DNA of 64,000 nucleotides from an uncultured virus (IMG/VR IMGVR_UViG_3300009068_003844) (taxonomy: Duplodnaviria; Heunggongvirae; Uroviricota; Caudoviricetes), in IMG/VR virus record IMGVR_UViG_3300009068_003844. One strand, given 5' to 3'. The notes under the pieces were generated by a model that worked only from the letters and a program-made list of their open reading frames with translations, had not been told where the DNA came from and did not search any database. Shown here in pieces: positions 48,076-59,798 of this stretch. Position 1 is the stretch's first letter; the number at the start of each line of letters is the position of its first letter. Made by a program: the position numbers and the translations under genes.

Positions 48076-48927
48076 ATGATGAATAAGCGTGGAACCACCC
48101 TTGTTGAACTGCTGGTTAGCATAACCATCATTGCAGTTTTATCTGGGCTGGTTCTCAGTGCTGTTCAAGCAACAAGAAAGTCTGCTGATTACGTTGTTCA
48201 TCTAAATTGGCTTAGACAGCGCAAATTAGATAATGCTCCTTATAGCAAAAAATTAAAAATAGTCTTTGTTGGCAACAGCCATACATACTTCTCCGATATT
48301 CCAGGAGTTATTGTTGAATTTGCAAAAACAGTGGGCGTAGATATACAAACTAAAGTGGTTGCTGTCGGGGGTCAATCTTTAGAGGGTCATTGGAGTGGCC
48401 CTGATGCTCAAAACGTAATAACAAGTGAATTGAGTAATTTTGTTGTATTGCAAGATATTAGTCAGCGACCATACACAGACCCGGATTTATATCAAGAATA
48501 TGTAAAGAAATTCTGTAGTCTAATTGACAATAAATCTGTTCCGATATTATACTTGGTTTGGGCACATAAAAGTAATTTATGGGCTCAGGGAAGTTTGACT
48601 TCACAACTAATTCAAGCTATGAAGGACAATACCTATAGCGAAGTTTGTTTTGTTGGCGAAGCATGGAAAATAGTTCGTAATGAAAAACCAGATCTTGAAT
48701 TATTTCTTGATGAAGTTCATGAAAATCCTACCGGGGCTTATTTGACAGCATGTGTTTTTCACAGTATAATTCATAGATTAGATCCAAAGGGATTGCCTTG
48801 TGAAGTTACTACTGAATCGGGGTCTACGGTTAGCGTTAGTCCTGAACTTGCAAATTATTTTCAAACAGTTGCTTGGCAAGTATCTGAAAAATACAGAAAA
48901 AAGTATAAAGCCTACTATCTAAAATGA
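48076..48927 (+). CDS. Prepilin-type N-terminal cleavage/methylation domain fused to an SGNH-like hydrolase
   Basis: KRGTTLVELLVSITIIAVLSGLVLSAVQATRKSA; FVGNSHT; VVLQD; DEVH. Confidence 0.75.
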   Translation: MMNKRGTTLVELLVSITIIAVLSGLVLSAVQATRKSADYVVHLNWLRQRKLDNAPYSKKLKIVFVGNSHTYFSDIPGVIVEFAKTVGVDIQTKVVAVGGQSLEGHWSGPDAQNVITSELSNFVVLQDISQRPYTDPDLYQEYVKKFCSLIDNKSVPILYLVWAHKSNLWAQGSLTSQLIQAMKDNTYSEVCFVGEAWKIVRNEKPDLELFLDEVHENPTGAYLTACVFHSIIHRLDPKGLPCEVTTESGSTVSVSPELANYFQTVAWQVSEKYRKKYKAYYLK

Positions 48928-49903
48928 AAACTAAGATCACCCTAAAAGATTATCTGATCAGTGTCAATTACTCAATTACTGATGGGGCTGAATTTCTTTG
49001 GGATTGTTATGGAGAAAATGCTTTCATAATCTCAAATGATAAGAAAAGGGGCAAAAATTTTATTTGCTCTACTGGTGTGGTTTTTGATGCTAACAAGCAA
49101 ACTGTTTATGAGATGACTGTTTGGGATTATGAAAAAAATGAACAATATCGTTGGATAAGTCCGAGATATTCAAAGAAGCATAGAGAAGAAGAAATAAAAA
49201 GAGGCTTTGTGGCAGGACAATCAATTGATAAGTTAAGTTTCATTGAAGTTGAAATAGAAAAAATACTGTCGAAAGCAAAAGAACTATGCCGCACAAAATC
49301 AGCAAAAAAGAAAAAATGCTAGGTTCTTTTGTTCCTGTAACAGGAGAGTTCTTGGATTTCGTAAAAAATAACACACATATTCAGTTAAAAAATAATCTAG
49401 ACCTTGAAAAAGTCTTAAATGCCTATAAGGCTTCTATAGTTAGAGGCATGGATTATGCTATAGTCGAATACTATGATAAATACAAAAAACCCAATCTCTT
49501 GTTCTTCGCTAGGGAGCATTTTAAACAAACGGTTTTGCGTCATTATTATAATTCTCTTAAATTATACAAGCCTCGTTTTAAGTGCCCTAAAAAATTAAAA
49601 AAAGATTCCAATTTTAAGAACCGCACTCACAGACTTTATCGAATCTTTGACTTGAAAAACAACAAAGATATTAGTGGAATTCGTATGTTTGAATATTGCA
49701 AAAAAACACTTCAAAGAAAGGTCGTTGTTCCAAACTAAAAATTAGTACCCGTATATACAACAATACTATCTTGTTGGTAACAAAAAAATAGTGGTCGATC
49801 ACTATACTGTTACTGGGTTGAGGTTATCGACAGCCAATAGAGTGTAAGTTAAATTTAATATACATTACGCAGTGGTCTACACGGAACTGCGATACTAATT
49901 TTT

Positions 49904-50674
49904 TTGGAAAATTTCACTATGTTAAGAACCAGATTCAATTACTGGACTTGTAGCAAATTTGCAAATTGGGTTAGAGGTGAAGATAAGCCTCTTGGACTCA
50001 CAATGGAAGGTTGGGAAGATTGGAGAAAGGAACAAGAGAACAAAAGACCGATTAGATATTATCTCTCCGATACTCTTCTTGGCAATCTTCAAGACTTTAT
50101 ATTTTACCCGTCAGATCTCTACAATTCCATAAAAACTTATTTAAATAATAGGTTTGTAGATAAGACTCATTATTTAAAGACCGGCCTAGAGCCAGGACAT
50201 TATCATGAAGTAGATGAAAAGATACTCTATGGTTTGTTTACTGAATTATCTGAATTTGTGGAAGATGAACTTTCTTGGATAAATTATCTAAGCAAAGATA
50301 AAAAAGAAAGAGGAAAATATAAGAGATCCGCAGAAGGCGGTATCGAATATCTTAATTGGGCGATGGGTCTTAAAAAAGATGAAGAAAATGGATACCAGAA
50401 AGAATATACTGAGGGTTACGGCGAGCCAACACCCCAAGCAGAATCTTCTAAAGAAATCTTAGAAATTTATAATTGGTGGAAAAACGTTAGACCATATCGT
50501 GAACATCCTCACGATATTAGCAAGTGGAGCGAAATCTGCGAGAGTAGGATAAAAGATAAAGAGATTATAAGAGAGAGTCTCGATAAACTCACAAGCATCG
50601 AAGAACAATATGATAAAGAAGATGAAGATATGATGATCAGATTAATCAAAATCAGAAAGAGCTTATGGACATGA
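49904..50674 (+). CDS. Conserved phage hypothetical protein
   Basis: EIYNWWKNVRP...EDEDMMIRLIKIRKSLWT. Confidence 0.7.
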   Translation: MENFTMLRTRFNYWTCSKFANWVRGEDKPLGLTMEGWEDWRKEQENKRPIRYYLSDTLLGNLQDFIFYPSDLYNSIKTYLNNRFVDKTHYLKTGLEPGHYHEVDEKILYGLFTELSEFVEDELSWINYLSKDKKERGKYKRSAEGGIEYLNWAMGLKKDEENGYQKEYTEGYGEPTPQAESSKEILEIYNWWKNVRPYREHPHDISKWSEICESRIKDKEIIRESLDKLTSIEEQYDKEDEDMMIRLIKIRKSLWT

Positions 50675-51552
50675 AATTCCATAAAGTTTTTATAACAATA
50701 TTTATAGGAATTCTATTTTATGTCTTCCTTGGAGTAATAATATACAATCAGAGAACAACAATATATAATCAGAAAAAAAATTACATTAAGTATAGAAACA
50801 TAATTAGTGATTTAGAATACCAGAATAAGAAACTAGAATATCAGAATGATAAATTAGTAAACCATATAGAAATCTTAAATAATAGAATCGTAATCTTATC
50901 GGTAAGATCTAATAAAGAAGAAAAAGCCAGGTAATATTATGCTTAAAGTTCGATTTCATTTGGGTGCTGGGGAGAATTATAAGCATTGGCAGATTCGCAA
51001 CATAATTACGAATTCAGTTGAATATCATGATCCCAATAAAGTTCAATTATTGCTTATGGGATGTACGTTAAAAAATGAATCAAAAACAGCAGAGAAAGTT
51101 TTTGCTAAACAAAAGAGGGATGTTTGCGGATGGGTGCAATGCAAAAACGTTGAGGTTTCATATAATTTTGTGAAACCCTCTGGACATAGACTTTTTTATG
51201 ATCCTAAAATCAGCCCCTACTGGCAATATAAAGATGATCCATCTAATCTCGATGGAATGGGATTTGAAAATTTGATTACATTAGGGCATCATATTTTTAT
51301 AGAAACAAAAAACTGAAAGAAAGTCATATGATTAACGGCTTTCTTTCAGTTATAGGTTGAATATTAGTGGACTCACTCAGAACGGGCCAGCACCCTTAGC
51401 CTCGCCCGAAAGTCGGCTCCACCGGCTGGCTCAATAACCGCAACCTTTTTTTGCTCTTTTTTATAACCCTAGGGCAACGCAATAAACTAATACCCCCATA
51501 CCACAGATTAGGGTTATTGCTATTCCCATTATAAAAAGAAAGAAATTATCCA

Positions 51553-51702
51553 TTAATCGAAATACCTCCCTAGACACAATATGCTAGGAACCCATATTCC
51601 AACAAAAATAGCTTGATTTTCATTTTTAAATAAAAACCATATGGTTACACTCAAAACAAAACTTAAAAATGCTGCTGTTATAAACAAATATCTACTTTTC
51701 AT
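51553..51702 (-). CDS. Small membrane protein (49 aa, below ORF-track cutoff)
   Basis: MKSRYLFITAAFLSFVLSVTIWF...AIFVGIWVPSIL; GGAG RBS. Confidence 0.55.
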   Translation of the reverse strand: MKSRYLFITAAFLSFVLSVTIWFLFKNENQAIFVGIWVPSILCLGRYFD

Positions 51703-51734
51703 TCTTTTTGTCTCCTTTTTTTAGTGGTAAAATC

Positions 51735-51917
51735 TCATCGAGTCTTTTTGACCCAAGGCTTGTTGTCAACTAACAATTCTTCTCTAACAATACTACAGTT
51801 CTTTGGGGCTTCCACGCCTATCCTTGCTCTATTTCCCTCGACACTTACAAGGGTAATCGTTACGTTTAATTCTGGGATGTGAATTTTTTCGCTTTCCTTG
51901 CGGCACAGCACTAGCAC
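51735..51917 (-). CDS. csrA: Carbon storage regulator CsrA-like RNA-binding protein
   Basis: MLVLCRKESEKIHI...ARIGVEAPKNCSIVREEL. Confidence 0.88.
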   Translation of the reverse strand: MLVLCRKESEKIHIPELNVTITLVSVEGNRARIGVEAPKNCSIVREELLVDNKPWVKKTR

Positions 51918-51993
51918 TGTATGTTCCTTTTGTTTTATTTTTAGAAAAATCAGACAACAAAAACAATATAGCAGGTCAGTCCAAAAGAGTCAA

Positions 51994-52012
51994 GTTTCTT
52001 TCGGGTACGGTT
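51994..52012 (+). promoter_or_regulatory. Phage motif copy GTTTCTTTCGGGTACGGTT
   Basis: Intergenic, before 52053. Confidence 0.7.
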
Positions 52013-52947
52013 GTTGGTAGGAACAGATTAAAACTTTTTTTAAGAGACTGATATGAAGTACGCTAAAATTACTGGTAATGGTGAATTTCCACTGGATATG
52101 CTCCGGTATGATACTGCATCCCCTGCCACAGAGGAAATGAGCAGTAAGATTGAGGGTACAATCAAGAACTACCAGCGTGGTTGGGAAGTCTACGTTAAAA
52201 GCGAAAGCAAGTTTCCTTGGACTGTGGGGCGTTGGGAAAGTTTTGGTTGCAAGATTGAAAGTATGCCCAAGAATTGGAGTACGGGATGTATTCGTTAATT
52301 ATTATTTCTGTATTATCTATTTTGTTTTCAATTGGCATTGCCTTGAGTCCAATTCCTTGGATTATATTTGGAATGATTGATCGTCTTATTCAAAGGTATT
52401 TGTAATGAATAATCTTGATATTGCCGAATACAAAAACAAAACCGATTGGTATTTTGAGAATGAATACAGCACACTTCCTCTTTATGAGATTCTGGCGAAT
52501 TATCCAGAGAGCATTTATGATGGAGTGGACAGCATCATAGAAGAAGCCCACGCAAAGGGCTTGCATTTTATTGAGACTGCCCGTATGCTCCGAGACTTTC
52601 TTGGAGAAATGTAATGAATGAACCTAATGTAAAAAGCCACGAATGCAATTGTGGAAGCGGTAAGATTAGCGAGTGGATCTACGATGGATATAATATTCCA
52701 TTGACTAAATGCTGTTCTAGTTGTAAAAAAGAAAAGTTGGGTAAATTTCGTACGGATATTATGAGTCAATATGACGCATATGAACCCATCGAACCGGAAT
52801 TTTGAATAGGTTAGGTAAGATGGGCAAAACAATTTATTCCACTTGCCAAAATTGATTCAATACACTACAGTATTCTGGTTCCCGGTATGGGGAGTTTGAT
52901 TAGGAGGAAACATATCATACCATATGTTTCATTTCATGGAGGTTAGT

Positions 52948-53355
52948 ATGAATCGTCTTGTTGCTGCTCTTTTTGTTTGTGTTCTGATTAGTGGTGTTGC
53001 TCACGCTCGTCCTCGACGCAGTTATAACACCTATAATACCCCGACTTATTCTGCCCCAAAGACATACAGTTATACTGGGGGAGATACCCCACGGCAATAT
53101 AGTTATACTTCTGAAACTCCAACCAGAAGTTATAGCGATACCAGTTCGGCTCAGGGTGTTGCCGAAATCATGGCTCGTACGGGCCGTGTTGGTCACTGGG
53201 GAGGCAACAGCGGGTATGAGGGTTGCGGGAGCGGTTCCTCCCAACAGGCCGCATACAACAACTGCTGCTATGCTAATAGCAACCTCACGACTGTTGACGT
53301 AGGTTATGCACAAGGCAATAATGGCAAATGGTATTGCTGCCGCCGTTATCGCTAA
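52948..53355 (+). CDS. Secreted protein, possible minimal CAP/SCP-like domain
   Basis: Signal peptide; GHWGG..YEGCG..NCCY..VGYAQG..WYCCRRY. Confidence 0.55.
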   Translation: MNRLVAALFVCVLISGVAHARPRRSYNTYNTPTYSAPKTYSYTGGDTPRQYSYTSETPTRSYSDTSSAQGVAEIMARTGRVGHWGGNSGYEGCGSGSSQQAAYNNCCYANSNLTTVDVGYAQGNNGKWYCCRRYR

Positions 53356-53372
53356 TCTAATTTATTGTTAAA

Positions 53373-53440
53373 AACCCTCCGCACGACACTCTAATAGGTT
53401 CGTGACCCTAATAGGTTCGTGCGGAGGGTTATTTTATTTT
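53373..53440 (+). terminator. Terminator hairpin with internal 14-nt direct repeat
   Basis: AACCCTCCGCACGA / TCGTGCGGAGGGTT; CTAATAGGTTCGTG occurs twice. Confidence 0.7.
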
Positions 53441-53442
53441 TT

Positions 53443-54057
53443 ATGAAAAAAATTATTACTATTTTGGGTGATGTTCACGGCAAATATAGACGTATGCACG
53501 AAATAATTCGTGAGAAAGATCGTCATGAATACATAGTCCAAATTGGCGACCTGGGTTTCGATTTTTCTACATTAGATAATGTCGATCCAAAAAAGTTTGT
53601 TATTGTCGGCGGTAATCACGATAACTATTCAAAAATAATTAATATTCCACATTATCTTGGCGACTATGGATACATGGTTAATTTCAACGGAATAGATTTT
53701 TTCTACTACCGTGGAGCATATAGTATTGATAAACAATACAGAACTATCGGAATTGATTGGTGGTCAGAAGAACAAGTGTCTGTTGAACAATTCATGAAGG
53801 CTAGGGAACTTTATAGAAGCATCAAGCCGGATATTATGCTCACGCATGATTGTCCGGAAACTATTTCTCCTTATTTGTTGGATCCACATACTCAGATGTA
53901 TCAAAATCAAACAGGATATTTCTTGCAAGAATTGTTTAATATTTACCAACCAAAAAGTTGGTATTTTGGACACTACCATAAGAGTTGGCAAATGACAGTC
54001 AATGGAACTAATTTTAGATGCTTAAATGAATTAGAAACTTGTAGTCTTGAAATATAA
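53443..54057 (+). CDS. Calcineurin-like metallophosphoesterase
   Basis: GDVHG, GDLG, GNHD, THDCP, FGHYH. Confidence 0.9.
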   Translation: MKKIITILGDVHGKYRRMHEIIREKDRHEYIVQIGDLGFDFSTLDNVDPKKFVIVGGNHDNYSKIINIPHYLGDYGYMVNFNGIDFFYYRGAYSIDKQYRTIGIDWWSEEQVSVEQFMKARELYRSIKPDIMLTHDCPETISPYLLDPHTQMYQNQTGYFLQELFNIYQPKSWYFGHYHKSWQMTVNGTNFRCLNELETCSLEI

Positions 54058-54078
54058 TCCCCCCTCCTTGCCCTCCTG

Positions 54079-54097
54079 GTTTCCCTGCGGTACGGTT
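54079..54097 (+). promoter_or_regulatory. Phage motif copy GTTTCCCTGCGGTACGGTT
   Basis: Intergenic, before 54137. Confidence 0.7.
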
Positions 54098-54136
54098 TGG
54101 TATCGGGTAGACTTCACAAATACAGGAGAAAAATAA

Positions 54137-54412
54137 ATGAGTGATATTACGATTCGTATGCCGGCTGGTGGTGTTAGTCTGCCAGATAATGCACAGTGGA
54201 CTAACCGTATTCAGATTCGCAGCGAAAGCAGCAATCGCATCTATATTGTTGCACAGAATAAGGAATCTGGTCGTTGGGGTTGTTCTTGCCCTGCATATTG
54301 TAGCCGCCGATATTGCAAGCATCTTTTGAACGGTTGTAATCTTGATCCTAGTGAGATTCACGGCAATACTGCCATTGCCGATAATCGTCCTAAGAACAAG
54401 AGGCTGAAGTAA
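54137..54412 (+). CDS. SWIM zinc-finger protein
   Basis: WGCSCP...CKHL. Confidence 0.7.
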   Translation: MSDITIRMPAGGVSLPDNAQWTNRIQIRSESSNRIYIVAQNKESGRWGCSCPAYCSRRYCKHLLNGCNLDPSEIHGNTAIADNRPKNKRLK

Positions 54413-54789
54413 TGTCTCACCCATATCATCACTCTATCAGTAGTGCTAAAAAGTGGGGAGGAATTCCCGCCGATTATCAGGCCATTCATGATTGGTTTGA
54501 TGAAAGCAAGAGTCATATGGCCGATATTCGCCATCGTGCTTTAAGGCATCATAGCGAAGGAATCTTTATGTGTGAAAAGATTTTCGGCATTACAATCACC
54601 AATAGTAACGGCAGAGAAATTCCTGTTCGTTTTATTGGTGAACAGCACGTTAAAGAAGATTTGGGATTTATCCCCACAGTTAGTGATTACTTTCGTGAAA
54701 TGAAGATCAAGAGTTGGATGACGGGAAATAGGGATTTTAAAGCCCCCACAGTCTTTGAAATGAAAGACGAAGAAGAAGTTTCAGTCTAA
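54412..54789 (+). CDS. Conserved hypothetical protein (DUF6915-like)
   Basis: HPYHHSISSAKKWGG, IHDWFDESK, RHRALRHH, EQHVKEDLG. Confidence 0.7.
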   Translation: MSHPYHHSISSAKKWGGIPADYQAIHDWFDESKSHMADIRHRALRHHSEGIFMCEKIFGITITNSNGREIPVRFIGEQHVKEDLGFIPTVSDYFREMKIKSWMTGNRDFKAPTVFEMKDEEEVSV

Positions 54790-56650
54790 CGCCCCAATGT
54801 CCTTACTAGGAGCCTAGGTTATGGAAAACAATTTCTGCGAACTAGGTGAAAAAATTCTTAAACTCATGGAAGAATACAACATGAAAGTTTATGATTTAGA
54901 ATTTATTAATGAACTAATTGAAAAGACTATTGAGCGTGACCTAAAAGAGTGCAGTTACTAAATTGTTAAGGATGATAACTAATGGAAACCAAGCACACTT
55001 ACACCGGCCAAAATTTCATTTTTCATTTAAAGGAAAATGGAGATAATCTTAACATTAGTTTAAGCAGCCATTATGTTCAACCTCCGATCACCAGAAATGA
55101 ACTAAAAGAACTGGCTAAATTTATTGATTCTTTTATTGTAGATGACAAAATTCAAGTAAATGAATAAAAAACTACTTGACAATTTCGTTGACCCAAAAAC
55201 CCTGCTGAAAGAAGCGGTGGAAAAAGATCTAAAAGAAATTGAAAAATTTCTAAAGAAAAAGATCCGTGTAGTTTATTTTGATTGGCATCTTGATAAAAAA
55301 GAGTTAAAATGTGTCAGGAAAATAAAAGATCATTTAATTCTTCTCAGTAAAAATCTTGACGGTGCAATAGAAAGAATAAAGTCTCAAACTTATCGTCATT
55401 ATTGTTTCCGTATTAAAACAGACCTGGATGTAGATGATCTAAGGGAGTTGTTAAGAGTTTTTGCACGAAATACTACAGAAACACTTATCAATCAAAAAAC
55501 TCAAGTAGAATGTTACGCCAATGACGATTCCCATCTAATAATTGAATGCCCAGATTAAAGTGCTTATAGAGTAATAATGACAACCACAGACATTTTGATT
55601 TTCATCATCAGTTATCTGATCGGCATTGTCTGCACAGTTGCGATTTTATCTAGAAATATTCAAAAAGAAATGAAACTACAAGATGAAATTAATAGTCTCT
55701 TATCTAAAAGAGTAGATATTCTTTCAGACCAATTAGATGCTCTTTATGAAATAGTCAAACTAGAATCAAAAAGATTAGATATTCACAACGAGGACAATGA
55801 TGATGCCAATTGGTGGAAAAAATAAACCCAATACATTAAATTTCTGACTCTATTATTCTCTTATGTAATTTGTTTATAATTTCTGAATAGAAATTTTCAT
55901 TGAACTTTTTATCGTTTTCTGCTCTAATCATGGCTTCATAGTGAATCACATTAAGGGAAAACGATCCAATTAAAAAAGAAACTAAAAAAATCACTAACAA
56001 TCTGTATTTCATTTTGTCCTCCAACTTATATACAGATATTTGATTTTATATTCTGTTAGGATTTGATTAAGAAAATAAAATGAAAAAAGAAATAGCAGAA
56101 AAGTGGGCCGAAGCATTACGATCTGGTGACTATACTCAGGGTAAAAATTATCTTAAAAGAACCGTAGAAGGTAAAACCTCCCACTGTTGTTTGGGCGTTC
56201 TTTGTGAAATTTACTATGAATCTAATAAAGAAGAAAATATCGAAGAATCTTTGATGTGGATTGGCGAGTTAAGCGATAAAGATAGCATTCATACTTTTGA
56301 CGGCAGCACTGGCGCTTTATCTAAAAAGGTTCGAAATTGGGCAGGAATCGGATCGGATATTGGATATGTCAAAAGCGATTTGCTTGGCAAAGCATACCTA
56401 ACTGAAATGAATGATGGTGAATATTCATTCAATGATATTGCTGATTTCATTGAAAAAAATATTGATAATTTGTAATAGGAGATATCTATGAAATTTCAAG
56501 AACTTCAAAAATTTTGTCTTGAACGTGGATATAATGTCAAGCGTGTTGAAAAGCATTATGAGTGGAAACGAAATATGGATTCATCTTGTGGTGTTGCCGA
56601 CACACTAATTGAAACACAGCGAGAAATTCTCAAAGACATAGAATACAGGG

Positions 56651-56863
56651 ATGTCAATGGAAGAAAGAATTAAAGATATCATCTTCAGCAAGTTTGACAA
56701 GGAAGTTAGCAAAGATACTAATCTTTCAGAATTAGTGGAAGATAGTTTCGCTAAAGTTGAAATGCTGTTTGCCATAGAAGAAGAATTAGGCAAGAGATTG
56801 ACCGAGGACGAAATTCTTCAGATAGAAAATATCGGGGATATTATAAACGTTTTCCAAAAGTAG
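56651..56863 (+). CDS. Acyl-carrier-protein-like
   Basis: EDSFAKVEMLFAIEEELG...IENIGDII (conserved DS serine). Confidence 0.7.
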   Translation: MSMEERIKDIIFSKFDKEVSKDTNLSELVEDSFAKVEMLFAIEEELGKRLTEDEILQIENIGDIINVFQK

Positions 56864-56869
56864 CCGGAA

Positions 56870-56888
56870 GTTTCCCTCCGGTACGGTT
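56870..56888 (+). promoter_or_regulatory. Phage motif copy GTTTCCCTCCGGTACGGTT
   Basis: Intergenic, 8 nt before ATG 56896. Confidence 0.7.
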
Positions 56889-57404
56889 TGAGGATATGGA
56901 AAACTCCGATTATATCCGGCTTAATCTGGAGCGGGTTAGTGATCTTGGCGATATGCTTGTCACTAAATCGAAAGAATTCTATGATACCGCAATATCAAAT
57001 CTTAAAATAGAATTAAGATTTGATACCGTTAGCAATTATCATGGATCTCCTTTGAATGAAGAAACTAATTGGGGCGGTTATAAGAAACATATACCAACGG
57101 GATATAACGGCTGGATCGGTAGTATTAGTTGTCTTGTAAATTCTAATCAAAATCCATATTGCCGTATAGGGCATCTCACCGACGCAGACCAGCATCTTTT
57201 TGGCTATAAAGGATTCAGGGGATTCCATACAGGTAGTGGTTGTCCCGGTCATAAATTCGGAAAATGTCCAATGAATATTGGATTCTATTTCTTTATGGAT
57301 GACTTTCCACTTTTGAAATCAAGATATGATAAGTGGAAGATATTGAGTAGTTTTGAAAAGAATAAAAATTGGGAAAATAATACACTTAATTACAAGCAAG
57401 GATT

Positions 57405-58097
57405 GTGAGTATGAGAATTAGAATTGATATGTATGTTTCAAGGAAGAATAAGCAAGCAGAAAATATTATTCTTAATGCTATTCCTTACAAATACGAAGCA
57501 GCACATAAGGCATGTGAATATGCTCGATACGTTCTGATGAAGCCTTGGCCCAAGGCTGAGAAAACAATTCTTCAATGTCCCCGAAGTAGTTATCTTTATG
57601 CTCGATATGTATTGAAAAAGCGTTGGCCGGAAGCAGAATCTATTATCGCAAAAGAAGCATATAGCAGTTACTCTTATTCAAGGTTTGTTATCAAGGGAAG
57701 GTTCAAACTCGCTGAGAATAATAAAGCAGAGGGATCTATTTTTAATCCCCGTTGGGATACTAATTATAGTTTTCTTTATGCAAAAAACATTTCAAAAGAA
57801 AGACTCAAAAAGTCAGTTGAAAATAAGATTGCTTGTTCAAGCAGGAATGTTGATTATGCAAAAACCTTCTTGAAAAATAGAAGGTGGAAGATGGCAGAAA
57901 AATGGATTTTAGACCAAGGATATACTAAGATACAAGAATATATGAAGATTCTTAAAGAAAAAGATAAGAAGGATTTTCACAAAAAAATATTGTTGAGTGC
58001 GATGGCAAAGCAGCAAAGTTATTATAATCCTGCTAAGTGCTGGATTGAAACTTATGGTCAAGATTTCTTGAAGGAGAATACTAGTGGGATTGGATAA
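57405..58097 (+). CDS. Helical repeat protein (YARYVLKKRWPEAE family)
   Basis: Repeats like those of 30734-31612. Confidence 0.7.
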   Translation: MSMRIRIDMYVSRKNKQAENIILNAIPYKYEAAHKACEYARYVLMKPWPKAEKTILQCPRSSYLYARYVLKKRWPEAESIIAKEAYSSYSYSRFVIKGRFKLAENNKAEGSIFNPRWDTNYSFLYAKNISKERLKKSVENKIACSSRNVDYAKTFLKNRRWKMAEKWILDQGYTKIQEYMKILKEKDKKDFHKKILLSAMAKQQSYYNPAKCWIETYGQDFLKENTSGIG

Positions 58098-58892
58098 TTA
58101 CTGGCAAATGGAAGATGGAAAGCCAGCAAACATTGATGGGGAATATAATGTTAGTGGCGGCATTTGTAGCGGTAATGGAAATCAAAGTTTTCGTGGCAAG
58201 GTCTACAATAGTTTTGTAGAAAAATTGACAGGAGTAAGTCTTTACTCAGACATTATTGAAGTTGATGATGTGATGAAAGTCGCAGACATTCTTCGCAATG
58301 TTGGGTATGGTAAGGCAAAGAAGTATTTTGAATATCCCATTGACGAAAAAGAGTACGAAGATTTCGTTGAAATGTGGATAGCACACGCTATGAATGGTCA
58401 TCGACTTGTAAGTTGGTACTAAAAAGAGAAATTAAAATGACAACCATTGCAGAATTTGACTCAACTAAGTTTGGTGGATATAATGATGCCCCTCCTAACC
58501 TGAGAGAAATCACAGAGAAAGAATGGGCCAGAAGTCCATATTTTAGCGTCCATAGTTTCTTCCATAAAGAATTTCGCCAATTCATAATTAAGAGTTTGTC
58601 TACTAGAGATGAAAAGACCGGTGAAATTCTTCATGAAGGCCGGGATACTTATCATGATTTCAATTTGTATTACATTGACGAACATCATGGATATGCTATT
58701 ACCAATGATTATTGGGAGGGTAAAGTTCGTGTATTTCATTTTGGTTGTGATCACAAATATCACGAACTGAGTTTCCAAGAATGTAATTACAGAGGTATTA
58801 AGCATCTTGGAAATTGTTGGCACGTTCATGAATGCAGTGAATGTGGCAATATTTATGGTTGCGATAGTAGCGACTAGGATCAAGAGGATCAA

Positions 58893-58911
58893 GTTTCCCT
58901 CTGGTACGGTT
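58893..58911 (+). promoter_or_regulatory. Phage motif copy GTTTCCCTCTGGTACGGTT
   Basis: Directly upstream of the tRNA-like RNA at 58935. Confidence 0.7.
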
Positions 58912-58934
58912 GTGGGTTGTCCTGAACAAATGTA

Positions 58935-59016
58935 GAACTATTCGCAGCCAACTGTCTTATTAACAGTTCCTTCTAATGGGCGGCCGGTAAGGAAGGGTTC
59001 GACTCCCTATGGTTCA
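58935..59016 (+). ncRNA. D-armless tRNA-like RNA with UAU in the anticodon-like loop
   Basis: GAACTAT/ATGGTTC-A acceptor, AACTGT-CTTATTA-ACAGTT arm, long CCTT/AAGG variable arm, AGGG-TTCGACT-CCCT T-arm. Confidence 0.55.
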
Positions 59017-59250
59017 ATTTGCTTGATTTGGTTAAATTAAATTAAATGCTTATCCCCTCTGAAATCACAAACTTGTTAGTCGAGGACGTTCTCAAGCCTT
59101 TCGTTTTATTGAGAGATAGGCTCAAAGAAATCCAAAGAGAAATCCAAAGAATTGAAACAAACCTTGACACAAATCTTGGCAAGGTTGTTGATCTAATCAG
59201 AGATAGTGAAAAACAACGAACTAAAATGCTGGATAGTTTCAGGAAAGAAA

Positions 59251-59562
59251 ATGGCTAAGAAAAGAAACTTTAGTGATATTTTTTCTCGCTATAAAACCTA
59301 TGACGATTCACACGGCAGGGGAAATGTAAAAGAGTGGAACCAAACTTTTACAGAAAAGATGAATCTTGATGAAGCCAGAAAGCAAATCAAGAATAATAAT
59401 CCTCTTTCTGTGATGGGTTTTAATGAAATGCCCACCATTGAAATGCTGAATAATTCGTATAGAAATCTAATGAAAATTCACCACCCAGATAGAGGTGGTG
59501 ATCCGATAGTTGCTAAAAAAATTATTGCAGCATATACTGTGCTTTCGGAACAACTTCGATAA
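59251..59562 (+). CDS. J-domain (DnaJ-like) protein
   Basis: YRNLMKIHHPDRGGD..IIAAYTVL. Confidence 0.8.
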   Translation: MAKKRNFSDIFSRYKTYDDSHGRGNVKEWNQTFTEKMNLDEARKQIKNNNPLSVMGFNEMPTIEMLNNSYRNLMKIHHPDRGGDPIVAKKIIAAYTVLSEQLR

Positions 59563-59798
59563 ACATTTTTAATAGAAATAATTCATGGTTGCCGAAGATT
59601 ATGTGCAACTTTGCAAAAGGTTGTTATCCTCTGGCGTAGGGGAGTCTTATTACTATGAATTATTTAAAACTGGTGTGAAGTTAAGTCTAGAACAGTCGAT
59701 ACATCTACAAATTGATCCTTCTCATACAACAATTGGTAGATTCATTGAAGAAATGAATGATCAAGTAGTAGCCATCAAAGGCAATTTTTATCTAAAAA

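Noticed and set aside
49740..49900. Possible ncRNA in the intergenic gap
   Set aside because: Only short stems (GTCGAT/ATCGAC, CGCAGT/ACTGCG) were seen, which is insufficient support.
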